From positions 12,586,001-12,650,000 of the forward strand of contig NC_135264.1 in the NCBI RefSeq assembly GCF_964204865.1: 64,000 nucleotides of DNA, in the 5' to 3' direction. Under the pieces are notes generated by a model. It ran no database searches, was not told where the DNA came from, and was given only the letters and a program-made list of their open reading frames with translations. Below are positions 1 to 13,696 of this stretch, in pieces. A program made the position numbers and the translations under genes. Source of the DNA: Styela clava (taxonomy: Eukaryota). Position 1 is the stretch's first letter. Every line of letters starts with the position of its first letter.

Positions 1-917
1 ATTTAAAACCAGGCAAAACTTATTTACTACTTAATAGCGTTGTTTAGATATTTGATCGAAGAATTCGATTCAATTTGGAATTGTATTTTATTTAAGGCGG
101 CATTTTATTAAATCAATATATATATATATGACTGAATATAGCAACTTTTATGACCTTGAGTCACATTTTTGTTATGGTTGAAATAAGCTTCATCATGATT
201 TTAAAAAGTTTCAAAGCCGCAAAATGATGTTTGTAGAACTCAACAAGGTATGAAAGTAATTTAGATAAGGATTGGGTTTCCTGTGTGTATCATTATTAAC
301 TTATGAATTCGTGATAACATTGCCTGAAGCCTAAACTATAATATTACAATTTTCAAGAGATTCAAGGTAAAATCGCTTACTATCTTAAACATGGAATGAT
401 TAAATATGCATGTTTCGGATTGTTAAACCAAGTTTTAGATCTTAAATTGTTGTTACTGCTGCTGTAGCTACTGCTGAAATGAGTTGTTTATTATAGAATC
501 GTTTTATTGTCAATACCCTCTGCCATGACCGAGTGATATCAATACAACTTTATGTTGTAATTAACAGAATTAAAATACAAAATATCATATTCTGACATTC
601 TGATTTGAAATATATTTTTGATTTTAATTTTTTAATAAATTTTATTATGAATCAATATCAACTCGATTGTTGTGCGTGACAATGAATATGATAGTTGAGG
701 ACATGTCCTAGGGTAAATATCGTGAAATGTTGTCATCCGATTGTCTGAAATGATTTAACATAGCGTACAAACTTTAAAACGTGGTATAAAAATTTGCTAC
801 ATAAAAAGGAATATTTATTAGGATATCAATGACGAATAATTTGGCAAATAACAATATTCTTTTATTCGTTTTCATTTTATTGAAAAAAAAACATTTTCTT
901 AATATATTACATTTTAG

Positions 918-1436
918 AGAACCGGGTTCATGCTTATCGGAAAAATGCACTAGTAATAAAACTCTTCAGTGTTTTATACGAAGAAAGAAAAAATGGTGTC
1001 CAAAATATGAATGTAGAACAAAAAGATGCGAAAGAAAACAATGGGAACCAATTGCAAACGGATTGTTCCCATTTGAAGAGGTTACGGTAAAGGTAAGAAA
1101 TTTAATTTTATTGCATCCGAAAGATGGAATGATTAATCTTTCTGATTAAGAACAGAGTAAATCAATCGATATAAATTGTAATCAGACTAACGCATCTTCA
1201 TAAGCGAAAACAATAAAAATACAAGTAAAATACAACCCATAAACTGACAACTATCAAAAATTATACGAACAGGCGTCGTATGAAAAAGGTAGATAATTTT
1301 TGCAATTTCTGGGAATTAAATCTACTCTTGGTTTTATTTTTAACATAATTTATATTTATATTTTTTAAATTTACAGTATCCGTGCGGATGTGAATGCGTG
1401 GAGATTGACTATTCAGATTCAGACAAGAAGTCTTAA
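918..1436 (+). CDS. Array gene 1 (type A), 3' part only. Exon 3 918-1092 and exon 4 1377-1436 of a secreted Cys-rich, putative cystine-knot protein; 5' exons lie upstream of the window
   Basis: ttttag|A acceptor at 916-917. Exon reads EPGSCLSEKCTSNKTLQCFIRRKKKWCPKYECRTKRCERKQWEPIANGLFPFEEVTVK, then AAG|GTAAGA donor. Last exon ttacag|YPCGCECVEIDYSDSDKKS*. Same phase-2/phase-0 introns and PCGCEC motif as the other members. Confidence 0.8.
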
Positions 1437-4400
1437 AATTTCTGAAACATCCGCCAAACTTAATCAGTGATCCGTGAAAGGTTCAGCTACTAAATTTGCT
1501 TTTAAATTTGTACATGACACCAACTATAAGTGTTGCTTTCATTTTAATATTGGTTGCCACTTTCGTATGCGTTTATTCTCTTGAAGACATTTTCATATGA
1601 TTCAGTTTAGACTAATATCAGTGAGATCACATAATAGCTGAATCGCATACCAATTCGACACCCATTATTGAATGTTATTCTATTAATATTTTATCTATCA
1701 ATGTCGCAAAATATGCTATATTTATTTAATGTGTTTATCTTGTATAATAATAGAAATTGCTTAATAAAGAAAGAAAAAAATCATGCCTTCAATTCTTAAA
1801 AATAGAATGCAATATAGGGATTTCAATTTTCGCCTGATGTCAATTTTTACCGCTGATGCATCATAGCTATCAAAACAATTTAAAGAAGAAGAAAATATAA
1901 CACAGGGCCCCAATGACACATATTTTTATAGTCTTCTAGTATTTAGTTGATGCCGGAAAAAAAATATTATTATCAGTTTTGTCACACATCTAAATTGTGT
2001 GATACTTGTTTAAATGTTTATAAAATATTATAAAAACCATAATGTAACACTGGTTTACTCAAGACAATCAGGTTTTGGCTATACAAACTTTAATGGCTAT
2101 GAAAATTCCAAGATCAATTGATTGCAGGCTTCTTTCTATACGGATGTAATTAACATCAATCTAATTCGGTATCATGCTGTATTCAAAATGATGTCACATT
2201 CACATGCCAGAGCGATAAAGATTCGCATAAGGCTGACTTTTGATTCTTTGAATTTCTAGTTAAAACTAGACTGCTTCAGTTTTACTAATCTATTTATTAA
2301 CGTGAAGTAAAAATAATTTCACTACTACAAAATTCAATAGTCGTAGAGAACTCACGGTATATTTAATAGAATCTAATTGCCATTAGTAAATCGAAAACTA
2401 CAGCTTTGCAATCAGTATCAGCTTCTAAATATTTCAGCCAGACTTCAACTTTTAGTAACATTGGGAGTGAAAAGGAATGAGAGCTACAGTAAAAATACAG
2501 GATGGACTTACATCTGAATAAATAATACAAATTAGAAAAAAAAACACAATCGAATGGCGGAGAGTTCAATAAATTATCACATTCCCACAAATGTCAATCA
2601 GGTGGATAGGCCCATAAATAGGCCATGCCGCACAGAAACAGCAAAGACGAATCATATTGCTGAAAATTGGAATGACATTCCGCAATCGACCCTTCCCATA
2701 TATATAAAGGGAATAAAGTCAACGAGAAAAAAACAGCAACGGGATTAAATAGAAACAAACGGGAAGTATATATATCTATGAATTCACATAATTCAATAAA
2801 ATCTTCAATCGAGTCTCAAGTACGTTTCCTTTGTTAATGCATATTCTTTCTGAAGTATTCATTTACTTAAAGCATGCCATTAAATGAAATAACATGAATT
2901 TTTATATATTGTAGATATTTTTTCCAGTTTGCTTTCGTTTTTTTTTATATCTTTTCTTTATGTAAATTGCATTCGTCGTTTTTCTCGATTTATTGCTCTC
3001 TTTTTTGCTTTTATACACTCAAGGTTCATCCTTTATGATTTACAACGATAAATAAAAAAATTACAGTTGAGTAATATTTTATACACGGGGCCAAAACAAC
3101 CTAATAACAACTCTATTTTGCATCAAAAATGCAGATTGCCAATATTCATATATATGTTGGGTAGTTCGTGCCTCAATTTCGTGCGTGATTAGACAATAGG
3201 TCTTCAATTTCAGTTCCGAGAAGGTTCAAAACTTCAAATCGATGTATATAAAACGATATTTAGTAATGCAAAATGTTATATCCTTATTACAAGTAATGAA
3301 CACAGACTCATTACAAAACAGCACACGATTTATTTGGACGCCGTTAACTTAGTTTAGAATGGAAGACCACAAAACAGGAGAAAAAAACAAGTACACTGGA
3401 CAACATTGTGACGTTTCAATACAGCACACGAGCAGATAAAGTTAACAAGCTCAGCAAAGTGTAAGTTCAAACATAATATCTAACACAGTACAATGGTTTT
3501 CAGAGATAATTTCTTATGAAACGATTGCAGTTCAGATTCAATAGTATCAAGTATCCGAATAGTACCATAACTTTAGGCAAATTTATATATTTTCTCAAAC
3601 GGTTATTGTTGTTGTCTTCAGTAGGAATGAATTTCATTCCAATGATGCATTATTATTTATGCCCTGCGGCCAGGGGTTTTACATATCGCATTAGATTTTT
3701 AGAGCAATATACGATCGGCAACAGACTTTTAGCGACATCTTGTGCATTAACGCGCATTTCTATTAACAGCCATATTGTATTATAATTCAATTCAATGCGA
3801 CGTCGCAATCGTACTTTCAAACTCTTCGAAGTGAAACGTCGAAGTAGAAATTGCAGACCTTTGATCATGATAAAAATAAGTCTACACTTGAAAAGCATTT
3901 AAATTACTAAGCGCTTTCAACGTTCATATAATATATATTAATTTAAAAGTTTCAAGTTGGATTTATATGTATAGTATAAAATATTATTTTGAAACTCTTA
4001 TATATACCATAGTTTTTAGTCCCACTTCCACGAAACTGCATTTGGGCAGACATTTCATGGTAGTGGTTAAACATAAAACCTCGAAGAGTATGGCGCCGGC
4101 ACCACGGTGATTTCGAACCAGCTTCTTCCCAGCCCTGACGGTAGTGGGAATTGATTGTACATTTCTGAAACTCTTCAGACATGATTTTTACTGATTCAGT
4201 TTTTATATTAAATCAAGTTACAAACGCAAAGAAGAATTCGAACATATTTAAAATGATAATTAAGCTTTTCTGTTTATTTTTTTGCGATAAACTTGGCATT
4301 TTCTGTCACGGGATATTTTCGAATTTTGATGTTCTACAAAATCGAACAACACGATTTGTGTCTTCCCATTCCACGCCCATTTAAACTGCACTAACTTTCT

Positions 4401-4880
4401 ATAGCTTAAGGCAAACTTAAGCAGTCCTTGACGTAAGTTGTTCTATACATGTCACTCAAACCAAATTGAAAAAACTCAAGGTATTGATGCGGTTCGTAAA
4501 AATGTATTATCACAACATAGTTTTAGGCTAAAGATACCAGTATATTTCAACGCTAGAATCGTATTTCAGAATTTGGGCTTGACATTTACTACAGCGTCTT
4601 TTTGCTACATATGTTAGCATTAAATAGAATCTGTCCATCAGCATAAGGATTCTAATTCATTCAAAAACACTTCATAGTCTGCACGGAAATAAATTAGAAT
4701 TTCCATTTTGGTCGCTTTCTGGAAATTAATCTGCAGATATTGTCAATAAGCTTGTTGCAAAATATCGTTGAGTTTGAAAATTTAATTTTTAAATACTTTT
4801 ATACTTAATCGTGAAAAAGGTATAAATATATATAAGAAGAGAACGCAGGCACCATGTATCTTTCCAGGTACGCCCAAATC

Positions 4881-6330
4881 ATGCGACTCTACTTCGCCAT
4901 TTTGATTTTCGGACTGCTGAGCGTTGCTCGTGCTGTGCCACCGGATGTAGCGCCACCGGGTGAAGACGCGACTCCTCCATATTATTGCACAGCCAAGTAT
5001 GGGTAGGTAATTTTATTAAATCTGAATGGTGATTAAACATATGCATTTGAAAAAGAGTAGAATATGTTTTTTGTTAGGTCTGTTTTATAATTGTGGCAAA
5101 AATTATTACGACTAAAATTTCGTTAAAACAAAGAAAAGCAAGCATTCATCACCACCATAAAACTTGCAAAACATGCGCAACAATTTTATTCAGTAATGTG
5201 GTGGCAAATGAGCAGGCGCATTAACTTGTCATAAACGGAATAAATAGACAAAACTAGCAATACAGATAACTGAAAGCATCTCAGCTTGTGAAAGAGTAAC
5301 CAAGCGTAGCACTTAATTTTTTTTTTTTTTCAGGATCAATTTTGAAACTTGTTATGCCATTGAAGTAACTCGTCCATGCCCCCTTAGAACTTGCACAACT
5401 ATAATAAAGAAGGGCAATTTATTGGCAACTGGAGAAATAGTCAAGTTGGAGAAATCGATAATAAGAAAAACACAACAATGCAGGTCGGTGACATAATCAC
5501 TATAAATAGAGATAATGTTTAAATTCTATTAAAATAGGCAGTTTTAATATCATGGAAATATCAGTTTATATTAAATGCAATGTATCAGATTTTATATAAT
5601 AATGTTTCGAGGTTTACAACGAAGTGAACAAATAGCCACCGACAAATAGTTTCCTAATACAACAATTACATCGATATGCAAGTCTATCCCATTTCTTTAT
5701 TCCGTACTGAACAATCTGGATCCAACCTGCTAATTTATGCTCAAATACAAGGAGTTCAGATGTTCAATGACTCTTCATTTTCAACTTAGACACAATCGGT
5801 CATGTGGACGAAAAGACTGCAAATGCAGAGATTACTTTGCCACAGAAACCGTGCAAGAAAGTTACCAATCAAAAGACGTAAAACTAAGAAAGTCAGCTAA
5901 AATTGTTATCCGGGTATAAAAATTTTATTTTTTTAGTTTTCAGTATATTCAGTTGTTTGTTTGATCGAGGTACGGTCGCAAGAACTTACCTTGAACTCAG
6001 TAACAGTGAACAAATAATTTCATGAATACAATGGTAAAAAATTCAAATTCCATTTGAAATTTTCTGAAATTTGTTTTGCAATGGTGTGTATTAATACTCA
6101 AACAACAATATCGAGTTTTCAATTATTCAGTGAAATCGTCGGCACTCTGAAAGAGATAATGTTTATCGTTTTGTCCGAATCATTTCTGCGTCTTTATAAG
6201 GACATGTTCACAAATCTCGGCTTTCTTTCAAACCCGGCACTGATTTACAAAAATAACATTTATCATTGAATTGCAGTATCCGGCAAAATGCAAATGTGCG
6301 AGAAAGAGAAACAACTTCGACAAATTTTAA
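4881..6330 (+). CDS. Array gene 2 (type B1), secreted Cys-rich protein, 149 aa. Exons 4881-5002, 5334-5483, 5790-5913, 6277-6330
   Basis: Exons join in frame via GT-AG (122+150+124+54=450 nt): MRLYFAILIFGLLSVARA-VPPDVAPPGEDATPPYYCTAKYG/INFETCYAIEVTRPCPLRTCTTIIKKGNLLATGEIVKLEKSIIRKTQQCR/HNRSCGRKDCKCRDYFATETVQESYQSKDVKLRKSAKIVIR/YPAKCKCARKRNNFDKF*. Hydrophobic signal peptide; TATA-like tract about 4821. Confidence 0.85.
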
Positions 6331-6766
6331 AGTGAATACTGGACAAACATCTTTGAAGGGCCAAATTCCGTGTTCGGCATAAAAAAATATATTATATCTT
6401 ACAATGCATAAACATTTTTGATTCTTTGTATGAGTATTCGGGGAACGAGGTAATGTTTTACTCACAGACTAGTTTTGAAATTAGGAATGATTCAGAGATT
6501 TTAGAGCCACATATCCGCTTTAGAAGTTACCTTCGTGCTAAGAAGTAGCAAATAAAACCACTGAAACTATTCATCGCTCCTTAAGTGACATTCACATCGC
6601 TCCGCGGGCATTCGCAAAGATGACATGTATATGTGCGAATGGTTAAACTGACATTAAATGGTTACATTTTATTTTACTGGGTAACTCATGTATCACTTCT
6701 TTTCTGCATCATATTCACCCCCATAAAATCAACTAGCTTGATTTTATCTCTTATGATATAAAGAAT

Positions 6767-7002
6767 AGCAATCCCGTAGTATGTGCATCGGAATGGCGGA
6801 CACCCGAACATAATATGTGTGCCAGGTTGGGGTTAGGCCATGATTTTATTCTAATTTCCCTTATATTAGTTCCATGACGAGTTCAGGGACTAGCCAAGTG
6901 ACTCCCGTAGTAGTTGTACCTGAAATTATGACCTAACCCTAACCTGATACAAATACTACGTTCCAGTATCCGCTATCTTGTTGGACATACTACGGGAGTA
7001 CC
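6767..7002. mobile_element. MITE family 1 (long inverted termini GGTACTCCCGTAGTATGT..., internal GGTTAGGGTTAG)
   Basis: Ends are imperfect inverted repeats (TCCCGTAGTATGT / ACATACTACGGGAGTACC). Same sequence recurs at about 14970, 20945 and 43322. Confidence 0.75.
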
Positions 7003-7839
7003 TAAGGAATACCACTCGTGAAATGCAAATGTAACCCAAATCGGATGATTGGGAATTGCGTAATGAAAAATTCAGTTAAATTGAAGTTTCCGTGATCCAA
7101 TCATAACTCTTTGACAAAAAATTAGGAGCGACAATTGAATGCTATTGAAGAGTGCTCTTCTTATAATACCAAATTAGCGTAAGCACATCAAGAATATTGT
7201 GATTAAGTGCCGAGCGATTAGGATTGCAAAGCGGCGCTCCAAAGAAAGGTACGTGTGCCAATATGAAGGTACACTTCATTCACGTCAATTGGTTAATATA
7301 CTTTTTATTAAATTTAAGTGAAGTGAAGAAGTTTGCAATTAATATTTTTCAATGATTTTCTCAAAAAAGCAATAAAGCAATCTGTGTTATTTGCTATTAA
7401 GCAAAAAGACTAATTCAATAAAGGTGTCGCGGAAATTTGTATTTATTATGTCAAGTTCTTTGGTTTTATCTGTTCCACCACAATCTTTAAATAGGTTTAT
7501 TATTCTTCTCATCTTTGTTTACTGCTTGACAATATAAAACCAGGCTAAACTTAGTTACTACTTAATAGCGTTGTTTAGATATTAGATTAATTTTATTTAG
7601 AGCGGCATTTTATTTAATTAATATATATATATATATGGCTGGGTATAGCATCTTGTATGAACCTGAGTCACATTTTCGTTATGGTTAAAATAAGCTTTGT
7701 CATGATTGTAGAAAGTTTCGAAGCCGCGAAATGATATTTGTAGAACTCAACATGTTATGAAAGTAATTTAGATAAAGATTTGGTTTCCTTTTATGGATAC
7801 GTGATAACATTACCTCAAGCAGGTTACTAAACTATGTTA

Positions 7840-8215
7840 CTGAAACGGATCGTTTCCATTTGAAGAGGTTACAGTTAAGGTAAGAAATGTAATTTGATTG
7901 CATTCAAAATGTGAAATGATTAATATTTCTGATTAAGACCAGAGTAAATCAATTTAATATAAATTGTAATCAGATTCACACATCTTCATAATAGAATACA
8001 ATAAAAATACAAGCATAATATCCCTCTGTGAGCCATAAAATGAAAGCTATAAAAAATTACACGAACCGGAGTCAAATGAAAAAAGTTTACAATTTACACT
8101 GACTGTCGTTTTTATTTTTTGACATAATTTATATTTATACTTTCTAAATTTACAGTATCCATGCGGATGTGAATGCGTCAAGATTGACTATTCAGATTCA
8201 GACAAGAAGTCTTGA
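7840..8215 (+). pseudogene. Pseudogene copy of array gene 1 (type A); most of exon 3 deleted, exon 4 intact
   Basis: 7532-7830 matches 1-335, then jumps to the equivalent of about 1055 (AAACGGATCGTTTCCATTTGAAGAGGTTACAGTTAAG|GTAAG). The roughly 0.7 kb that holds the exon-3 acceptor is missing. Exon 4 at 8156-8215 reads YPCGCECVKIDYSDSDKKS*. Confidence 0.75.
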
Positions 8216-10909
8216 AATTTTCGAAACATACCGCCAACCTTAATCGGTGATAAATTTGCTGTTAAATTTCTACAAGAGACTAAATTACTGTTACTTTCAT
8301 TTTATTATTGGTTGCCACTTTGGTATGCGGTTAATGCCATGAAGACATTTTCATCGAATTCAGTTTCTAATTATAACCCCGTAATCGTTGGGGTGATTGA
8401 ATCTAACCCAACCGCTGATTCACATACCAAAGTGGCATCGATTAATGAATGTTATTCTATTAATATTTTATCTATCAATAGCGCAAAATATGCTATATTT
8501 ATTCAAAGTCTTTATCTTGTATAATAAAAATTGCTTATTAAAGCAAAAAATTTGATACATATTTTTAGCTTTCTAGAAATTTCGTTGTTGCCGAAAAAAT
8601 ATTATTGTCAGTTTTGTCAAACATCTAAATTTTGTGAAATCGTTTAATGTTTATAATATAGGAAATATTATGTAACACTGGTTAATAATCCAAAACAGTC
8701 AGGTTTTGGCTATACAAACTGTAATGACTATGAAATTTAATAGATCAAATGATTGTAGGCTCTACTGGTATATTTAATACCAGTCAAATTCGGTATCATG
8801 CTATATTAACAAGGGTGTCAAATTAACGTTCCAGCTCGAAAAAGATGCGCATAGGGGCCGGCGCAAAAAAAAAATGCGATAAGGGCTGACGTTTGATTCT
8901 TCAACTTTCTAGTTAAAACTAGACTGTAGAATCTACCTGATGGAATTTATTTATCAACGTGAGGGTAAAAATAAATTCGCTGCTACAAAATTTAATATAG
9001 TCCTAGAGTACTCCCGAAATTTTTAAACGAATCTATTTGACCATTAGTAAATAGAAAACTACATCTTTCAGTTTCTAAATATTCCAGCCAGACTCCGACT
9101 TTCTGTAACATCGGGAGTGAAAAGAAATGAAAAATTTGTAAAAAAAAATCTACTCAAACTGAGCAATCACAAATTTAATAAAATTTTACATCGATTCAAA
9201 GATTAAGTAAAATTAAAATAAAACGGTATTTAGCGTTTGGCACAATGACTTTATGATGTAATATCGATTGGAAAATTCGCAGTTTAGTTTCAATAGCTCA
9301 GTAATAAGTAATCAAATGGTATCATAACAATTAAAGACTTTTGGTGAATTTAGATTTCATTTTCAAAACTGTTTTTTTTTTATTGAGGAATGAATTTAAT
9401 TTCAATAATGCGTTATTATAGCAATTTATCATCGGCAACAGACTTTTAGCGACATCTTGTGCATCCACGCGCATTTCTATTCCATGCAATGCGACGTAGC
9501 AATCGTATTTTCAAACTCCTCGAGTGAAAAGTCGGAGTAGAAATTGCATACTTTGATGGTAATAAAATGAGTCTAAACTTGAGGAGCATTCAAATTACCA
9601 AGCGTTTCTAACAGCCTAACACATAAGACTTGCATACACCGGAGATGTTGCTATCAAAATTAAATTTTATAGGAGTTCAAGGCTGGATTCCGAGTCGAAT
9701 TATTTTACAACTAGGATTTTGTGGGCGGTGTCAAATTTTTTTGCCTCTCAGTCGGGAGTCGGAGATAGAACTTTTGCAGCGGGGAGCATGGCTGGGAAGC
9801 CGGAGTCATTGAGCTGTGACATTTTGATGGAGCCGGAGCCAGAGTCAAGCTTATCATGTTAGATGGAGCTACCAGAAATGTTAGTAGCTCCAGCTTCTAA
9901 CCATCTTATTGTTTATAACATCAATATTTATTCAATATTTTATACAAATAATAAAATCTATCTTTTACAGCACATAAATTGTCAATTTATATTGTTAATT
10001 TCAAAAGTTTCAAGTTGTATTTACCTATTCGAAATTTTAATTTTGAAACCCTCATAAAAACCATAGTTTTTGGCCCTACTTTCGGGAAACTGCATTTGGG
10101 CAAATATTTAATGGTAGTGGTTAAACATATAAACCTCAATCGGTATGGCGCCGGAGTCGGGGCCCCTGTGATTTCAAACCAGCTCGAATTTGATTGTAAA
10201 TTTCTGAGACTCTTCAGACCTGATTTTTACTCATTCAATTGTTTTTTTAATAAATTAAATTACAAACGCAAAGAAGAACTCCAATCATTTTAAAATGATA
10301 ATTGAGCTTTTCTGTTTATTATTTTTTACGATAAAAGTATCATTTTCTGTCACAGGGTATTTTCCTAATTTGATGTTCTACAAAATCGAACAACACGATT
10401 TTTGTCTTCCCATTCCACGACCATTTAAACTGCATTAACTTTCTATAGCTTGAGGCAAACTAAAGCAGTTCTTGACGCAAGTTGGTCTATACATGTCACT
10501 CAAACCAAATTGGAAAAAAACTCACAAAGTATGCCTGCTGTTCATAATAAATCGTATTATCACAAAGCTAGTTTTCGGATAACGGTACAGAGTTTGAGCT
10601 TGGCATTTGCTGCAGCGTCTTATTACAAGGTACGTTAGAATTAAATAGAATCTTTTAATAATGAAAGTATAATGATCCACATCCATTCAAATGAACTCCA
10701 TAGCCTGCACGAAAATGAAAGGGAATTTCCATTTTGGTCGCTTTCTGGAAATTAATCAGCAGATACTGTCAACAAGCATGTTGCAAAATATCGTTTAGTT
10801 TGCAAAACATGATTTTTGAATAACTTTATACTTAATGGTGAAAAAAGGATAAATATATATATAAGAAGAGAACGCAGGTACCAAGTATCATTCCAGGTAC
10901 GCCCAAATC

Positions 10910-12320
10910 ATGCGACTCTACTTCGCCATTTTGATTTTCGGCCTGCTGAGCGTTGCTCGTGCTCCGCCACCGGATGATGACGCACCTTCTACATATTATT
11001 GCACAGCCACGTATTGGTAGGTGATTTTATTAAATTTGAACCGTGATTAACAATTGCATTTGAAAACAGGTAGAATATGTTTTTTGTTAGGTCTGTTTTA
11101 TAATTGTGCCAGAAAATATTATCGTTGAAATATCGTTGCAACAAATAAAATCAAAAATAAAAGCTTAAGCATTCAGCACCACCATAAAACGTGCACTGCA
11201 AAACATGCGCAACAATTTTATTCACTAAAGTGGTGACAAATTCCAAAAAAAATGAGCAAGCTCATTAACTTGTCATAAACTGAATAAATAAGACAAAACT
11301 AGCAATACAGATAACTGAAAGCAACTCAGTTTGCCAAAGAGTAACTAAACGTAACACTTTATTTTTTTCTTCTCAGGAGCAATTACGTTTCTTGTGCAAC
11401 CAATGAAGTAACTCGTCCATGTCCCATTAGACCTTGCACAATTATAATAACGGAGGGCAAGTTACTTGCAACTGGAGAAACAGTCAAGCTGGAGAAATCG
11501 ATAACAAAAAAAACACAACAATGCATGTCGGTGAAATAATCACTACAAATAGAGATATTGTTTAAATTCTATTAAAATAAGCAGTTTTAGTATGCATGGC
11601 CATATTAGTTTATATCAAATGCAATGTATCAGATTTTATATATCAATGTTCTAAAGTTTAAATAACGAAAGCTACCGACAAATAGTTTTTAATACAACAA
11701 CTACATCGATATGCAAGTCTGTCCCATTCTTCTTCTTTCCGTACTGAACAATTTGGATCCAACCCGCTACTTTATGCTCAAATACACAAAGTTCGGATGT
11801 TCAATGACTCTTCATTTTCAACTTAGACACAATCGGCCATGTGGAGTAAGAAACTGCAAATGTAGAGATTACTTTGCCAAAAAAACCGTGAAAGTAAGTT
11901 ACTCAAAGGACGGAAGACTAGAAAGAAAGCCAGCTAAAATTGTTATTCGGGTATGACAATGTTATTGTGTTAGTGTACAGTATATTTAGTTGCTTGTTTG
12001 ATCAAGACAAGATCACAAAAAATTACTTTCAACTGGCAAGAATCCAGAAACAGTGAAATAAAAACTTTATAAATATCAAAGATTCCATATAACATCTCCT
12101 GAAATATGTTTTACAATGCTGTGTATTGATATTCATAAAACTATACCGAGTTTTCCATTATTCAGTGAAATTGTCGGCACTCTGAAAGAGATAATGTTTA
12201 TGGTTTTATCTGAATCATTTAACATATATAACATATATCATTGAATTGCAGTATCCGGCAAAATGCAAATGTGCGAGAAAGAGGAGCTTTCTTAGAGGAA
12301 TCAAAGTGTCAAGTGGATAA
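10910..12320 (+). CDS. Array gene 3 (type B2), recent paralog of gene 2, 149 aa. Exons 10910-11016, 11377-11526, 11827-11950, 12252-12320
   Basis: 107+150+124+69=450 nt in frame: MRLYFAILIFGLLSVARA-PPPDDDAPSTYYCTATYW/SNYVSCATNEVTRPCPIRPCTIIITEGKLLATGETVKLEKSITKKTQQCI/HNRPCGVRNCKCRDYFAKKTVKVSYSKDGRLERKPAKIVIR/YPAKCKCARKRSFLRGIKVSSG*. Confidence 0.85.
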
Positions 12321-12770
12321 TGGACAAACATCTTTGAAGACCAAATTCCATGATCTAAGTCACATCGAGATAACGAAAATATATTATATCTTACAATGCA
12401 TAAACATTTTTGATTCTTTGTATGAGTATTTGGGGAACGAGGTAATGTTTTGCTCACAGACACAGATAGTTTTGAAACTAGGAATGATTCAGAAAGTTTA
12501 GGGCTACATATCTGCTTCGAAAGTGAAAGTCGCACTAAGAAGTAGCAAATAAAAGCAACGCAAGTATTCATCGATCCTGAAGTGATATTCACAAGATTGC
12601 TGCGCGGCCATTCGCAAAGATAACATGTATATGTGAAAATGGTTAAACTGACATTAAATGGTTAATGGTTACATTTTATTTTGCTGGTTAACTCCGGTAT
12701 CAATCCCTTTCTGCAGCATATTCATCTCCATAAAAATCAAGTAGCTTGATTCTATCACCTATGGTAAAAA

Positions 12771-12972
12771 GGGTACTGCCGTAGTGTGTGTATACCAGTT
12801 TAGGGTTGGGTCATAATTTTATTCCGATTTTTTCTTTTTTTAGTTCTATTACGAGTGTGGGTCAAGTGAATATAACCCCTGCTCATAGGTTTCAGTTCCT
12901 TTACACAACTGATGTAAACTAGACGAACAAAGTTAGTTACCTCCATATTGGTACATACACTTCTGGAGCGCC
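12771..12972. mobile_element. MITE family 1, variant subfamily
   Basis: GGGTACTGCCGTAGTGTGTG ... ACATACACTTCTGGAGCGCC; closely similar to 34421-34639 and about 63714-63900. Confidence 0.7.
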
Positions 12973-13586
12973 GTAAAATGAATAATAAGATGAAAAAAAT
13001 GCAAATATAACCCGAATCTGATGATGTGAAATTGGCGTAATGGAAAATTCAGTTAAATTGTAGCTTACGTGATCCAACCATAACTCATTGAAAAAAAATT
13101 AGAAGCGACAGTTAAATGCTATTGAAGAGTGCTCATCTTATAATAACAAATTAACTTAGGCACATCGAGAATATTTTGGTTTGAGTGCCGAGCGATTATC
13201 CAGTCAGTTTAGAGATTCGACTGGGAGCCTAAGTGCAAACCGCAAAGTTCAAATTAATATTGTTGTTAGTAGATTCAGCAATTATAATATAATTTTCAAA
13301 GAGAACTTAAATTTAATTTGACAGTCAGATGTAAATGATAAATAAAATGACGCGTTCTGCGGTTTTGTCGTATTCTATTCCGCAAATTTGGAAACCACCT
13401 CGGTGCAATCGTGCAGGATTTGCAAATATAAATTCAGAAAATCGCGAGATCAAAACAACAGTAGCTCATAGAAAGCAATAACAACGTCAGCAATTAAAAT
13501 CGGATTTAATTAGAAAAAATTAGCAATGAAAAACAGCTTCAAATCTAGAGAAGCATCATTTCTCAACTTTCGGCAATCGAAGAAAG

Positions 13587-13696
13587 ATGAAGATTTTACT
13601 CGCAGCAGTTCTTTGTGAATTATTAGTCTTATCGTTTGCAAAAAGGCGTTACAATAAAGCACCACCACCTTTACCTGAATGCACAGCAAAGTCAAG
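13587..13696 (+). pseudogene. Orphan exon 1 of another probable family member (signal peptide plus first Cys); downstream exons not found
   Basis: MKILLAAVLCELLVLSFA-KRRYNKAPPPLPECTAKS then AG|GTATTT phase-2 donor. Matches the exon-1 design of gene 2 (..PPYYCTAKYG, phase 2). Confidence 0.55.

Larger units (their letters stand above)
1..13198 (+). repeat. Tandem segmental duplication: about 1-7218 and about 7532-13198 (type A gene 3' end + intergenic + type B gene)
   Basis: Collinear similarity from AAAACCAGGC-AAACTTA-TTACTACTTAATAGCGTTGTTTAGATAT (positions 5 and 7536) through both B genes to AGTGCCGAGCGATTA (about 7219 and 13198), with copy-specific indels. Confidence 0.9.

Noticed and set aside
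7020-7270. Cys-containing stretch (KCKC..; IKCRAIR..VCQYE), repeated at about 12995-13198, as exon 2 of the type A gene
   Set aside because: Contains stops and lacks a clear acceptor; may be a relic, but homology cannot be shown without the intact upstream copy.
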